Origin: Candidatus Gastranaerophilales bacterium HUM_1
GTDB taxonomy: Bacteria; Cyanobacteriota; Vampirovibrionia; Gastranaerophilales; Gastranaerophilaceae
Length of the DNA: 64,000 bases
NCBI GenBank assembly: GCA_002103105.1
Contig: DAAY01000004.1
Location: forward strand, 27,746 to 91,745
Direction of reading: 5' to 3'
Below the pieces are notes generated by a model that was not told the origin of the DNA, ran no database searches, and worked only from the letters and a program-made list of their open reading frames with translations. The translations under genes and the position numbers were made by a program. Shown one piece after another: positions 18,133-28,090 of this stretch; within the stretch, counting starts at the first letter, position 1; each line of letters starts with the position of its first letter.

Positions 18133-18990
18133 TTATGCTTTTGCATCAACTTTAGTTTCTGGTTTTACTCCTTGTGCTTCTTGAGCCTTTTGAGCCTTTT
18201 TATCATGGAAGTAATTACCAATCCAGTTAGCTGGTTTCATTACAAGTACAGGAACTAGATATCTATAAACCATACCGAATACGAACAATGATTTCATTGC
18301 TGACAAACCATCTATCTGATGAGTGATTTTTATATCTTTTAATACATCAAGATTAAAATCTCGAATATTAGAGTATGATTGGTTACCTAATTCTTGAAGA
18401 AGTTTTTGACCTTCTTTTGAATCTGGTTTAACATGTTTATACCATTCTTTCATCATGATTTTCAAATTCTTAGGATCCCAATCTCCAAAAATTTCAGTTT
18501 TCTTTGATGCTGGATTATTATTTAGATAATTTGCAACAGCTCTTGTGGTTGCATTATTACATTTCTTTGCTAACCAGCCATCTAGACCATAAGCACATCC
18601 AGTAGAAATTAACCAAGTTAACCCATCGTTAATCGCTAAAGTCTTGCGTTTTTCTGGGTCCAATTTATCATTTTCTAATGTTTTTACAACATACATACCA
18701 GAAATTAAAGTTGAACCTAACGCTGACATATGTGCCGTCATATTATTCCATTTTGGGCTATTTGTATGGTCAACAATAAACTTTGCAACTTTACTTTTAT
18801 AAAATCTTTTGTAGTAATTATTTGCAAGCCATTCAGTAAATTTACCGTACAAGCCTTCTGAAGCTTTTTCAGTTGCGGCAGTAGCCACGCTTGCTACACC
18901 TGTAAATTTTGGTTGAGCAACTGTTCTTTGGTTTGTTACATAAGCTCTTTTAGGAGTATTGTTATAATTTTGAATTGAACTAATTTGCAT
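18133..18990 (-). CDS. hypothetical membrane protein (paralogue-like partner of 18990-19778)
   Basis: N-terminus MQISSIQNY...KFTGV, hydrophobic segments, Lys-rich tail. TAATG stop/start overlap with the upstream gene. Confidence 0.55.
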   Translation of the reverse strand: MQISSIQNYNNTPKRAYVTNQRTVAQPKFTGVASVATAATEKASEGLYGKFTEWLANNYYKRFYKSKVAKFIVDHTNSPKWNNMTAHMSALGSTLISGMYVVKTLENDKLDPEKRKTLAINDGLTWLISTGCAYGLDGWLAKKCNNATTRAVANYLNNNPASKKTEIFGDWDPKNLKIMMKEWYKHVKPDSKEGQKLLQELGNQSYSNIRDFNLDVLKDIKITHQIDGLSAMKSLFVFGMVYRYLVPVLVMKPANWIGNYFHDKKAQKAQEAQGVKPETKVDAKA

Positions 18991-19778
18991 TATTCTTTTC
19001 CTCCTTGAACTTCTTTAAATACAGGGCTATTTACCAAGTTTTTAGAATAATCATTCGTTGGTTGCTGTGTTTGTTGTTGAACAGGAGCAGAGTCCTTTTT
19101 CTTTCCTTTTTCCATATGGAAAACATATTTCAAAATTGGAGGGATTAAAGCAATTGTTAACATTGCTTTTGGAATACCTAATACGATTGAATCCATTGCA
19201 AATTTTGCAATATCACTTAACTTTTTATATGCCTTTGATTTTTCAAGACGTCTTTTACCTATTGATTCAACACCAAATAGCTTTTCTAAGCCTTTTAGAT
19301 ATTTTTCTGGATTGCTACTAATTTTTTTATACGCAGAACCAAATGGAGCCATCACAATTGAAGCAACAATAAATCCGATAACAGCGGATGATATTGCGTG
19401 AGATGCAGCGTATATACCATCTTCTCTATCTTTCTTACCCGTTGTTGCTAAATTTGTTGCAGGTCTTAAAACACCTGCGGCAACAAGAGAAACTAAACCC
19501 GCCCCTATCGGACCTTGAGTTCTAAATATTTCACGTAACTTTTCAAATTTCTTTGAACCAGAAATTTTATCCCAAGTACTTTTGCCTAAGTTTTCGAAAA
19601 CATCAGCGGCAGCCCCGTTTTTCCCTCCGGTAAAGCTGCCGCTATAATATCCTCTATTCACATTTTTTTTGTCACACACGTCCGCACTCTTATTCTCTGC
19701 TCCGTTCTCCAGCCCGTACTTTGGCTTATGCTTGAGCATGACACCTGCGGAATAATTTCTAATTGAGTCTATATTCAT
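18990..19778 (-). CDS. hypothetical membrane protein
   Basis: Start moved to MNIDSIRNY (ATG 19778, AAGGTG RBS). SFTGG motif, three hydrophobic segments, Gln/Lys-rich tail. Confidence 0.55.
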   Translation of the reverse strand: MNIDSIRNYSAGVMLKHKPKYGLENGAENKSADVCDKKNVNRGYYSGSFTGGKNGAAADVFENLGKSTWDKISGSKKFEKLREIFRTQGPIGAGLVSLVAAGVLRPATNLATTGKKDREDGIYAASHAISSAVIGFIVASIVMAPFGSAYKKISSNPEKYLKGLEKLFGVESIGKRRLEKSKAYKKLSDIAKFAMDSIVLGIPKAMLTIALIPPILKYVFHMEKGKKKDSAPVQQQTQQPTNDYSKNLVNSPVFKEVQGGKE

Positions 19779-19920
19779 TTCACACCTTATAATAAAATAA
19801 TGAGTCTTACTGTACATGTATTTTAAATCAAAGGAAAATAAAATTTGTTATATAGTTACGAAAATGTTACAATTAATTTTATTAAAAAAGAGAAGGCTTA
19901 AACCTCCCTCTTTTTTTAAC

Positions 19921-21942
19921 TTAAGAACACCCCGAATATCCACAATTCAAACAAATAAAACATCCTTCCGCCATTTGAATTTCGTTTCCACATTCTGGAC
20001 ATTTTATTGTTTTAATTTCACCAGTCGGGTTGTATTCTTCCCTATCCTCTTCAACTTTTGGTTCTAAGTTCTTTTCTATTGGTTTTATTTCAATTTTTGG
20101 TTCTTTTTTCTTGGTATCAAGATTCATCGGCTGGAACTGTCGAGAATTATTACGGTAAACAGTAATTCCCTTTAAATTATTTTTATATGCCAATATATAA
20201 ACCTCTTTTATATCCTCTCTTGTTGCGGATTCAACAAAATTAACAGTTTTAGAAACCGCATTATCAACATGCAACTGAAAAGCGGCTTGCATTTTTACAT
20301 GCCAGTATGGAGCGACATCATGTGCAGTAACAAAAATACGTTTTATCTCATTCGGAACACCTTCGACATGGGAAAGTGAACCATCTTTTGCAATTTGTGC
20401 CATCAAATTATCAGAATATAAATTGTGAGAAAGCATGTAATCTTTAAATATCGGATTAACCTCAAGCATTTCAGTTCCATCCATTATAAGTCTTGAAAAA
20501 ACAAGTCCAAACAAAGGTTCTACTCCGCCAGAAGCTCCAGCAATCATAGAAATTGTACCAGTTGGAGCTATACATGTAGTCGTTGCATTTCTCAATCCAT
20601 ATTTTTGGATATCTGAATCTAATTTTGCCCACATATCATCCGAAATTTTCCCAGCAGATTTTCCTTTGAATTTGTTAAACAAATAATTAGGCCGATCATA
20701 AATACTGCCTTTGAAATTGTTAAAACGACCTCGTTCCTTCGCTAGCTCTATTGATTCTGATTTTGAAATATAATCAATAAATTCCATAACTTGTCCAGCA
20801 AGTTTCGTTCCTTCTTCTGAGCTATAAGAAATTCCAGCTTTCATTAACATATCCGCCCAACCCATTACTCCTAAGCCAATTTTTCGGTTATTACTAACTA
20901 GTTCAGATATTTGAGGTAATGGGTACTTATTAACTTCAATTACATTATCCAAAAATCGCATTGCTGTTCTTACGGTCTTTTCTAATAAATCCCAATCTAC
21001 ATTCATAGAACCATTTTCTTCTTTCATCATCAAACCAAGATTTATTGACCCAAGATTACAAGCTTCATAAGGAAGTAGGGGAACTTCACCACACGGATTT
21101 GTAGATTCAATTGCACCAATCAATGGAGTAGGATTATCTGCATTCATATTATCAATAAATACAACCCCAGGTTCTCCATTTCTCCAAGCACAATCGACAA
21201 TTAAATCGAAAACATCTTTAGCACACATCCTTCCAACAACTTCATTGTTTTGCGGATTTACAAGGTCATAATCTTCGCCTTTTAAATATGCATCCATAAA
21301 TTTATCTGTTATCGCAACAGAAATATTAAAATTGTTTAATTTATCATTATCAGATTTACAATTAATAAATTCTATTATATCAGGATGGTCAACTCTCAAA
21401 ATTCCCATATTTGCACCTCTACGAGTTCCACCTTGTTTAACAGCTTCTGTTGCTGCATTAAATACTTCCATAAAAGATACTGGGCCAGAAGAAACACCCA
21501 TTGTTGATTTAACCACGCTATTTTTAGGTCTTAATCGAGAAAAAGAGAACCCTGTACCCCCACCAGATTGATGAATTAACGCAGTATTCTTTATTGTTTC
21601 AAAAATTCCTTCTAAACTGTCTTCTACGGGAAGAACAAAACACGCAGCTAATTGCCCCAATTCTCGACCCGCATTCATTAAAGTTGGAGAATTTGGCATA
21701 AAAAAACGATGAGTTATTGCATCATAAAACCTCTTAGAAAGTTGATTAACTTCTTCTTGTGACTTTCCAAAATTCAAATCACCTTTCGCAATAGTTTCTG
21801 CCACTCTCTTAAACATATCAGATGGAGTTTCAGTACAATTTCCGTCTTTATCACGTTTTAAATATCGTTTTTCTAAAACTTTAATTGCATTTTCTGAAAA
21901 GTTTAAATTTTTATTTGAATTTTCTAACACATTAACCTCCAA
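19921..21942 (-). CDS. nrdJ: adenosylcobalamin-dependent ribonucleoside-diphosphate reductase (class II)
   Basis: MPNSPTLMNAG, active-site TNPCGEVPLLPYEACNLGSINL, C-terminal zinc ribbon CPECGNE...CLNCGYSGCS. Confidence 0.9.
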   Translation of the reverse strand: MEVNVLENSNKNLNFSENAIKVLEKRYLKRDKDGNCTETPSDMFKRVAETIAKGDLNFGKSQEEVNQLSKRFYDAITHRFFMPNSPTLMNAGRELGQLAACFVLPVEDSLEGIFETIKNTALIHQSGGGTGFSFSRLRPKNSVVKSTMGVSSGPVSFMEVFNAATEAVKQGGTRRGANMGILRVDHPDIIEFINCKSDNDKLNNFNISVAITDKFMDAYLKGEDYDLVNPQNNEVVGRMCAKDVFDLIVDCAWRNGEPGVVFIDNMNADNPTPLIGAIESTNPCGEVPLLPYEACNLGSINLGLMMKEENGSMNVDWDLLEKTVRTAMRFLDNVIEVNKYPLPQISELVSNNRKIGLGVMGWADMLMKAGISYSSEEGTKLAGQVMEFIDYISKSESIELAKERGRFNNFKGSIYDRPNYLFNKFKGKSAGKISDDMWAKLDSDIQKYGLRNATTTCIAPTGTISMIAGASGGVEPLFGLVFSRLIMDGTEMLEVNPIFKDYMLSHNLYSDNLMAQIAKDGSLSHVEGVPNEIKRIFVTAHDVAPYWHVKMQAAFQLHVDNAVSKTVNFVESATREDIKEVYILAYKNNLKGITVYRNNSRQFQPMNLDTKKKEPKIEIKPIEKNLEPKVEEDREEYNPTGEIKTIKCPECGNEIQMAEGCFICLNCGYSGCS

Positions 21943-22070
21943 TCTGGATTATATTAATATTTTTGCCATTAATCATACATGCTAAAAACCGTTAATCTTG
22001 TCCTAATTCTATCACAAAACACTATCCAAATTGACAATACATTTAACTCTTTTTGTGATATTCTAAAAGC

Positions 22071-23915
22071 ATGACATGGAGAGGTTTTAGGGTTTTATTA
22101 ATAACGTTATTTTTGATTGCACTAACTTGTAAAGCGTGCTTAGTTAAAGATGTTCCGCCTAAGAAAAAAACTTTTACGCAAGAACAATCGCAACTTACAA
22201 CAATAAAATACCCCTCACCTAAAAATGTTACAATAAAAGGAACTGATTACTTAGAATCTCAAGCTCCTATTGGAACTTTCGGAGGGGAATTGGTTTCCTC
22301 AACCATAGGAGAAGGACCAAAAACATTCAATCCATTTAACTGTAAAGATAACATTTCCGCTCTAATGTCTGGAATTATGTATGATGGACTTCTTTCTTCT
22401 GACCCAATGACAGGTCAACCGACCCCAAAACTTGCAAAATCATTCTCCATTTCTCCAGATGGAACAACATATACAATCAAACTTCGTCACGGAATAAAAT
22501 GGTCTGATGGAAAACCAATAACAGCGGATGACGTTGTTTTCACGTGGAATGATATTATTTTTGCAGGACTTGGAGATACATCTACAAGGGACTCTATTGT
22601 TATTGATAATAAATTACCAACAGTAAGAAAAATTGACAATTACACAGTTGAATTTATTACTCCAAAACCATTTGCACCTTTTGTAAGAATGCTATCAACT
22701 CCAATTGCTCCTAAACACATATTCATGCCCGCAGTCAAAAAAGGAAATACTTATTTTGATTCATTCTTATCTACAAACACAAAACCAAAAGACTTTGTTG
22801 TTTCTGGAGCGTTTAAATTAAAAGAATATGTTCCAGCTCAACGTGTTGTTTTTGAAAGAAATCCTAACTATTATGAAATAAATACCAAACAACAAAAGCT
22901 TCCATATTTAGATAAACTGGTTTACTTAATTGTAGGAGATTTGAATAACGAAGTTTTAAAATTTGAAGCAAAAGAATTAGATGTTATTTCACTACAAGGC
23001 TCAAAAGTAGCAAGATATAAATCACTAGAGCCTCATTCGGATTTCAAATTATACAATCTTGGACCTGATACTGGAACAATGTATCTATCAATGAATTTAA
23101 ATAACCGAAAAGATAACAAGGGAAAATATTACGTAAATACTGATAAACAAACTTGGTTTCAAGATTTGAACTTTAGAACCGCAGTTGACTATGCAATAGA
23201 CAGAAAAAATATGGTTCTAAATATTGCAAATGGTATTGGAGCTCCTTTGTTTACTCCAGAAAGTTTAAATTCAATTTATTTGAACAAAAATTTAAAACCA
23301 TATGATAAGAATTTAGACAAATCAAAAGAGCTTCTGAAAAAATCTGGATTCTATCTTGATAAAAAGGGAAAACTATATGACAAACACGGACACAGAGTAG
23401 AATTTGATTTATATACTAATGCAGGAAATACAGAAAGAGAAGCCATCGGTGTTATGGTAAAACAAGACCTTGAAGATTTAGGGATGAAAGTAAACTTTAA
23501 ACCAATTGAATTCAACTCTCTTGTTAACAAACTAGTAAGTACATATGACTGGGATATGGTTATTATGGGACTTACAGGTTCTCCGCTAGAACCAAACGGA
23601 GGGAAAAATGTTTGGTTGTCAGATGGAAGACTACATATGTTCAACCAACGAAATCCACAAGAAGGGAAAGCTAAAATTCTCCCTTGGGAAAAAGAACTAG
23701 ATTACCTATATACCCAAGGAGCATTAGCTACAAAATTTGAAGATAGAAAAAAATATTATGATAAATATCAAGAAATTGTCTATAAAGAAAAACCGATGAT
23801 TTATATTTATTCACCAATAAGAATTGTCGCTCTTAGAAATAAATTCAAAAATATTTATCCTTCTAGCTTGGGCGGTATTACTCATAATATTGAAGAAATA
23901 TACATAGGAGAATAA
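22071..23915 (+). CDS. ABC transporter substrate-binding protein, family 5 (peptide/nickel, OppA/DppA-like)
   Basis: 614 aa with an N-terminal hydrophobic anchor. Family-5 SBP patterns (KLAKSFSISPDGTTYTIKLRHGIKWSDGKPITADDVVFTW, NPNYY). Confidence 0.85.
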   Translation: MTWRGFRVLLITLFLIALTCKACLVKDVPPKKKTFTQEQSQLTTIKYPSPKNVTIKGTDYLESQAPIGTFGGELVSSTIGEGPKTFNPFNCKDNISALMSGIMYDGLLSSDPMTGQPTPKLAKSFSISPDGTTYTIKLRHGIKWSDGKPITADDVVFTWNDIIFAGLGDTSTRDSIVIDNKLPTVRKIDNYTVEFITPKPFAPFVRMLSTPIAPKHIFMPAVKKGNTYFDSFLSTNTKPKDFVVSGAFKLKEYVPAQRVVFERNPNYYEINTKQQKLPYLDKLVYLIVGDLNNEVLKFEAKELDVISLQGSKVARYKSLEPHSDFKLYNLGPDTGTMYLSMNLNNRKDNKGKYYVNTDKQTWFQDLNFRTAVDYAIDRKNMVLNIANGIGAPLFTPESLNSIYLNKNLKPYDKNLDKSKELLKKSGFYLDKKGKLYDKHGHRVEFDLYTNAGNTEREAIGVMVKQDLEDLGMKVNFKPIEFNSLVNKLVSTYDWDMVIMGLTGSPLEPNGGKNVWLSDGRLHMFNQRNPQEGKAKILPWEKELDYLYTQGALATKFEDRKKYYDKYQEIVYKEKPMIYIYSPIRIVALRNKFKNIYPSSLGGITHNIEEIYIGE

Positions 23916-23922
23916 AAAATAA

Positions 23923-24894
23923 GTGGAAGCTTTCAAATATATAATAAAAAGAATACTTCAAACAATACCATTACTCATAATGGTATCATTGATTAGCTTT
24001 TTTATAATTAGATTATCTCCTGTTGATCCATTAGCAGAATTAAAGTTAAACCCTTCTGTTTCACCAGCAACAGTAGAAAGAGAACGTCAACGACTAGGTT
24101 TAGATAAGCCAATAATAGTTCAATATGGGAAGTGGGCTTGTTCCTTTGTTCAAGGGGATTTAGGCGTAACATCAACAGGCGAAAAAGTAAGTCAAAAATT
24201 AAAAGAAAGAATTCCTAACACACTACTTTTAACTTCTATTGTAATTCTCTTAACGTGGCTAGTTGGAGTTCCCCTAGGAATTATTGCCGCCGTAAATTGG
24301 AAAACACCTTTTGACAGGATATTAACAGTTCTTACAAGTATCGGAATGGCAATACCATCATTTTTCTTTGCAGTTTTATTGTTAATTTTTGCGGTTAAAA
24401 CAGGATGGTTCCCTATTGGAGGACTAACAAGTCCAAACTTTGCAGATATGAGTTTTATCGGGAAATTATGGGATATAACCCATCACTTAATCCTTCCTGT
24501 AATTGTACTCTTCACAATCTCTCTTGCAGGATTACAAAGACAAATGAGAGCAAATATGCTTGATGTTTTGGATAGCGATTACGTAAAATTTGCAAGGGCA
24601 AAAGGGCTTTCAGAATTTTCTGTAATATATAAACACGCACTCAGAAATGCAATAAATCCAATGATAACTTTACTAGGCTTTGAATTTGCAGGATTATTAA
24701 GTGGTGCAGCTTTAACAGAATATGTTTTTCAATATCCAGGACTCGGAAGACTGATTCTTGAAGCCGTTATGAAATCAGATATAAATTTAGTTATGGCATC
24801 ATTGATGATGGGTGCTATTATGCTTGTACTTGGAAATTTAATTGCGGATATACTTCTTATCATCACAGATCCGAGAATTAGGGTGAAATCATGA
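23923..24894 (+). CDS. ABC transporter permease (OppB/DppB-like)
   Basis: GTG start. N-terminal IIKRILQTIPLLIMVSLISFFI and the EAA-loop region DYVKFARAKGL are typical. Confidence 0.85.
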   Translation: MEAFKYIIKRILQTIPLLIMVSLISFFIIRLSPVDPLAELKLNPSVSPATVERERQRLGLDKPIIVQYGKWACSFVQGDLGVTSTGEKVSQKLKERIPNTLLLTSIVILLTWLVGVPLGIIAAVNWKTPFDRILTVLTSIGMAIPSFFFAVLLLIFAVKTGWFPIGGLTSPNFADMSFIGKLWDITHHLILPVIVLFTISLAGLQRQMRANMLDVLDSDYVKFARAKGLSEFSVIYKHALRNAINPMITLLGFEFAGLLSGAALTEYVFQYPGLGRLILEAVMKSDINLVMASLMMGAIMLVLGNLIADILLIITDPRIRVKS

Positions 24895-25958
24895 TTAAAG
24901 AAGTTTTAAAACAATTATGGAAAGACAAATTTGCAAGAATCGCACTCATTGTACTTGGGATAATTTATCTTGCTTTGTTTTTAGCAGATTTTATCGCACC
25001 ATACACAAAAGATTTTTCGGATAGAACAATGGCTTATGTCCCTCCTTCTAAAATTTTCACCATTGACGAAACTGGACATATTTCAAAACCATATACATAT
25101 AATTATATAAGAGATTTCAATTCTCAAACCTTAGAAATTGAATACAATTTAGACCGAAGCAAAAAACATTACGTTAAATTTTTTGCACAAGGTCAACCTT
25201 ACAAATTTTTAGGACTAATTCCAATGAAAAGACATCTTATCACAACAGATTCAGATGGAAGATTATTTCTCCTTGGAACAGATATTAATGGGCGAGATGT
25301 TTTTTCTAGAATCCTCTTTGGAGGAAGAATTTCTATGACCATCGGATTTTTAGCCTTATTTGTTTTATTTCCGATTGGACTATTGTACGGAGGAATTTCT
25401 GGCTACTTTGGTGGAAAAGTAGATATGCTGATGATGAGATTTGCAGAAGCAGTTATGTCAATTCCTAGCTTTTATTTACTGATAATTCTTGCATCTATCC
25501 TTCCTTCTGGAATGACCAGTACTCAAAGATTTTTGCTGATTGTAATCATTTTGGCTCTAATCGGTTGGGCAGGATTTGCAAGAGTTGTTAGAGGGATGGT
25601 TTTATCTATAAAAGGCCAAGAATATATTCAAGCTGCACAATCTATCGGAGCTTCTAAAATGAGAATTATCATTAAACATATCCTTCCTCAAACAACCAGT
25701 TTTGTAATTGTGGCAATGACATTATCAATTCCTTCGTATATTTTATCAGAATCAGGATTGAGCTTTTTGGGACTAGGAATTCAACAACCAGATGCAAGTT
25801 GGGGGAATATGTTGAAAGAAGCACAAGAATTCACAAATATTTTGTATCGACCTTGGCTTTTAACTCCAGGATTCTTAATTTTTGTATCAGTTTTGGCATT
25901 TAACCTAATCGGTGATACCATAAGAGATGTTTTAGACCCACAAAGCAAAGTTAGATAA
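24891..25958 (+). CDS. ABC transporter permease (OppC/DppC-like)
   Basis: 4-nt overlap with the preceding permease gene. LLGTDINGRDVFSRILFGGRISM and QEYIQAAQSIGAS are hallmark OppC/DppC segments. Confidence 0.85.
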   Translation: MIKEVLKQLWKDKFARIALIVLGIIYLALFLADFIAPYTKDFSDRTMAYVPPSKIFTIDETGHISKPYTYNYIRDFNSQTLEIEYNLDRSKKHYVKFFAQGQPYKFLGLIPMKRHLITTDSDGRLFLLGTDINGRDVFSRILFGGRISMTIGFLALFVLFPIGLLYGGISGYFGGKVDMLMMRFAEAVMSIPSFYLLIILASILPSGMTSTQRFLLIVIILALIGWAGFARVVRGMVLSIKGQEYIQAAQSIGASKMRIIIKHILPQTTSFVIVAMTLSIPSYILSESGLSFLGLGIQQPDASWGNMLKEAQEFTNILYRPWLLTPGFLIFVSVLAFNLIGDTIRDVLDPQSKVR

Positions 25959-25973
25959 TAAGCAGAGGAAAAA

Positions 25974-26714
25974 ATGGAAGTAAATTTAGAACATTTAACA
26001 CACATAATAAACCTTGATTATATGCTAAGAATCCTAATCGCAGTAATTTTTGGTTTTTGTATTGGATTAGAAAGAGAATTAACAAATAAATATGCAGGAT
26101 TAAGAACCCATATATTAGTGTGTCTTGGAGCTTGTGTATTTACACTTATTTCTATATATGGTTTTCCAACTTTCGCTCCTGGGGATAATGTTCTTATCGA
26201 CCAAGCAACAGGGATTAGGGATACATCTCGTGTTGCCGCTCAAATTGTAACAGGTATCGGTTTTATTGGTGCAGGTACGGTATTAAGAAATGGGCCAATT
26301 GTACTTGGATTAACAACAGCAGCTACCCTATGGATTGCCGCAAGTATCGGTATGGCATGTGGTGCGGGAATGTTCGAAATTGCATTTGCAGGAACATTGC
26401 TTTCTATCTTAACTCTTGTGTCTATCAGAGTTTTTGAAAGAAAAGTTTTACCAAACAGCACAAAAAGAACTAAAAGAGTTAAACTTGTAATTGTTTGCCA
26501 AAATCAATTTGCAAACAAAATTCACGAATATATCATTGAAAAGTATCAAGATATTAGCGAACTTTCAAAAAAACAACTAAAAGCAGATGAAAATAGTACA
26601 AAAATCACTTGTGTTATGGATATAATTTCAAGAAAACCAATCAAAGATTTATACAAATCCTTCCAGACTTTAGATGGAATTGATTCTATTTCAATACAAG
26701 AAACTATTGATTGA
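25974..26714 (+). CDS. MgtC/SapB family membrane protein
   Basis: GLERELTNKYAGLRTHILVCLGACVFT...AAQIVTGIGFIGAGTVL...GLTTAATLWIAASIGMACGAG, plus a soluble C-terminal domain. Confidence 0.75.
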   Translation: MEVNLEHLTHIINLDYMLRILIAVIFGFCIGLERELTNKYAGLRTHILVCLGACVFTLISIYGFPTFAPGDNVLIDQATGIRDTSRVAAQIVTGIGFIGAGTVLRNGPIVLGLTTAATLWIAASIGMACGAGMFEIAFAGTLLSILTLVSIRVFERKVLPNSTKRTKRVKLVIVCQNQFANKIHEYIIEKYQDISELSKKQLKADENSTKITCVMDIISRKPIKDLYKSFQTLDGIDSISIQETID

Positions 26715-26785
26715 TAGTGCTTTACATTGAGGTTGGTTTAAGATAATATTACATAGAATATAAGTTTTTTAAGGGAGAATTAAAG

Positions 26786-27496
26786 TTGAAATATAAAAGA
26801 ATTTTGCTAAAAATTAGCGGAGAAGCATTATTAGGAGAACAACAATTTGGAATCGACCAAGCTCCAGTGAAAATGATTGCTAATGAAATCAAAAAAGTTA
26901 CAGAAGAAGGAGCTCAAGTTGCCGTTGTAGTAGGTGGCGGAAACATCTTCAGAGGGATGAGAAACAGTGCAAAACTTGGAATGGATCAAGCTTCTGGGGA
27001 TTATGTTGGAATGCTTGCTACTGTAATGAACGCTATTGCATTGCAAAGTGCTTTAACTCAAATTGATGTACCTTGTAGAGTTCAAACAGCAATTACAATG
27101 AACCAAATTGCAGAACCATATATTCGCCATAGAGCAATTAGACACCTTGAAAAAGGTAGAGTTGTAATCTTTGCAGCTGGTACAGGAAACCCATTCTTCA
27201 CTACCGATACAGCAGCAGCTCTTAGAGCATCTGAAATCAATGCAGAAGCTATGCTTATGGCTAAAAATGGTGTTGACGGGGTTTATACAGATGATCCTAA
27301 TACAAATTCAGAAGCTAAAAAACTTGATAAAATCACTTATGACGATATTATCAAAAACGGATTAAAAGTTATGGATACCTCCGCTTGTGCATTATGTAAA
27401 CAAAACAACATTCCTATCGTTGTATTTGATTTCAAAAAACAAGATGGAATTAAAGAAATCCTAAATGGTAAAGAAATAGGAACATACATTAATTAG
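26786..27496 (+). CDS. pyrH: UMP kinase
   Basis: TTG start. [55 protein letters not shown]. Confidence 0.9.
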   Translation: MKYKRILLKISGEALLGEQQFGIDQAPVKMIANEIKKVTEEGAQVAVVVGGGNIFRGMRNSAKLGMDQASGDYVGMLATVMNAIALQSALTQIDVPCRVQTAITMNQIAEPYIRHRAIRHLEKGRVVIFAAGTGNPFFTTDTAAALRASEINAEAMLMAKNGVDGVYTDDPNTNSEAKKLDKITYDDIIKNGLKVMDTSACALCKQNNIPIVVFDFKKQDGIKEILNGKEIGTYIN

Positions 27497-27523
27497 TTAA
27501 TAGACAGACGAAAGAGGTAAGAA

Positions 27524-28090
27524 ATGTCAGAATCTTTAGATGAATTATTTTTATTCGGTGAAGAAAAAATGGAAAAAGCTGTTGCCCAGCTTCAAAAAGA
27601 ATTTGGTTCTATCCGTTCTGGAAGAGCAAACCCAGGAATTTTAGACAAAGTTCTTGTTGAATATTATGGTGCTCCAACTCCATTAAGACAAATGTCACAA
27701 GTATCAGTTCAAGACGGTACAACTCTTGTTATTACGCCATATGACAAGACTATTATGAAAGAAATTGAAAAAGCTATTATTAAGGCTGAAATCGGTATCA
27801 CTCCAAACAGCGATGGTATTTGTATCAGACTTCCTTTCCCTCCTCTAACAGAAGATAGAAGAAGAGAAATTGCTAAAGACGTAAAAAAACTTGGTGAAGA
27901 TGCTAAAGTTGCAGTTAGAAACATCCGTCGTGATATGACTGACAACCTTAAAAAACTTGAAAAAAGTGAAAATCTTCCAGAAGATATGGTAAAAGACAAC
28001 CAAGATAAAATCCAAAAATTGACAGACAAATATACAGCAAACATTGACAATGCAGTTTCTGTTAAAGAAAAAGAGGTTATGACAGTATAA
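27524..28090 (+). CDS. frr: ribosome recycling factor
   Basis: 188 aa. SIRSGRANPGILD, ITPNSDG..IRLPFPPLTEDRRREIAK, VRNIRRD. Confidence 0.9.
   Translation: MSESLDELFLFGEEKMEKAVAQLQKEFGSIRSGRANPGILDKVLVEYYGAPTPLRQMSQVSVQDGTTLVITPYDKTIMKEIEKAIIKAEIGITPNSDGICIRLPFPPLTEDRRREIAKDVKKLGEDAKVAVRNIRRDMTDNLKKLEKSENLPEDMVKDNQDKIQKLTDKYTANIDNAVSVKEKEVMTV

Noticed and set aside
21943-22070. Cobalamin riboswitch upstream of nrdJ
   Set aside because: The region is too short (128 bp, shared with a divergent promoter) and I saw no B12-box-like conserved core.
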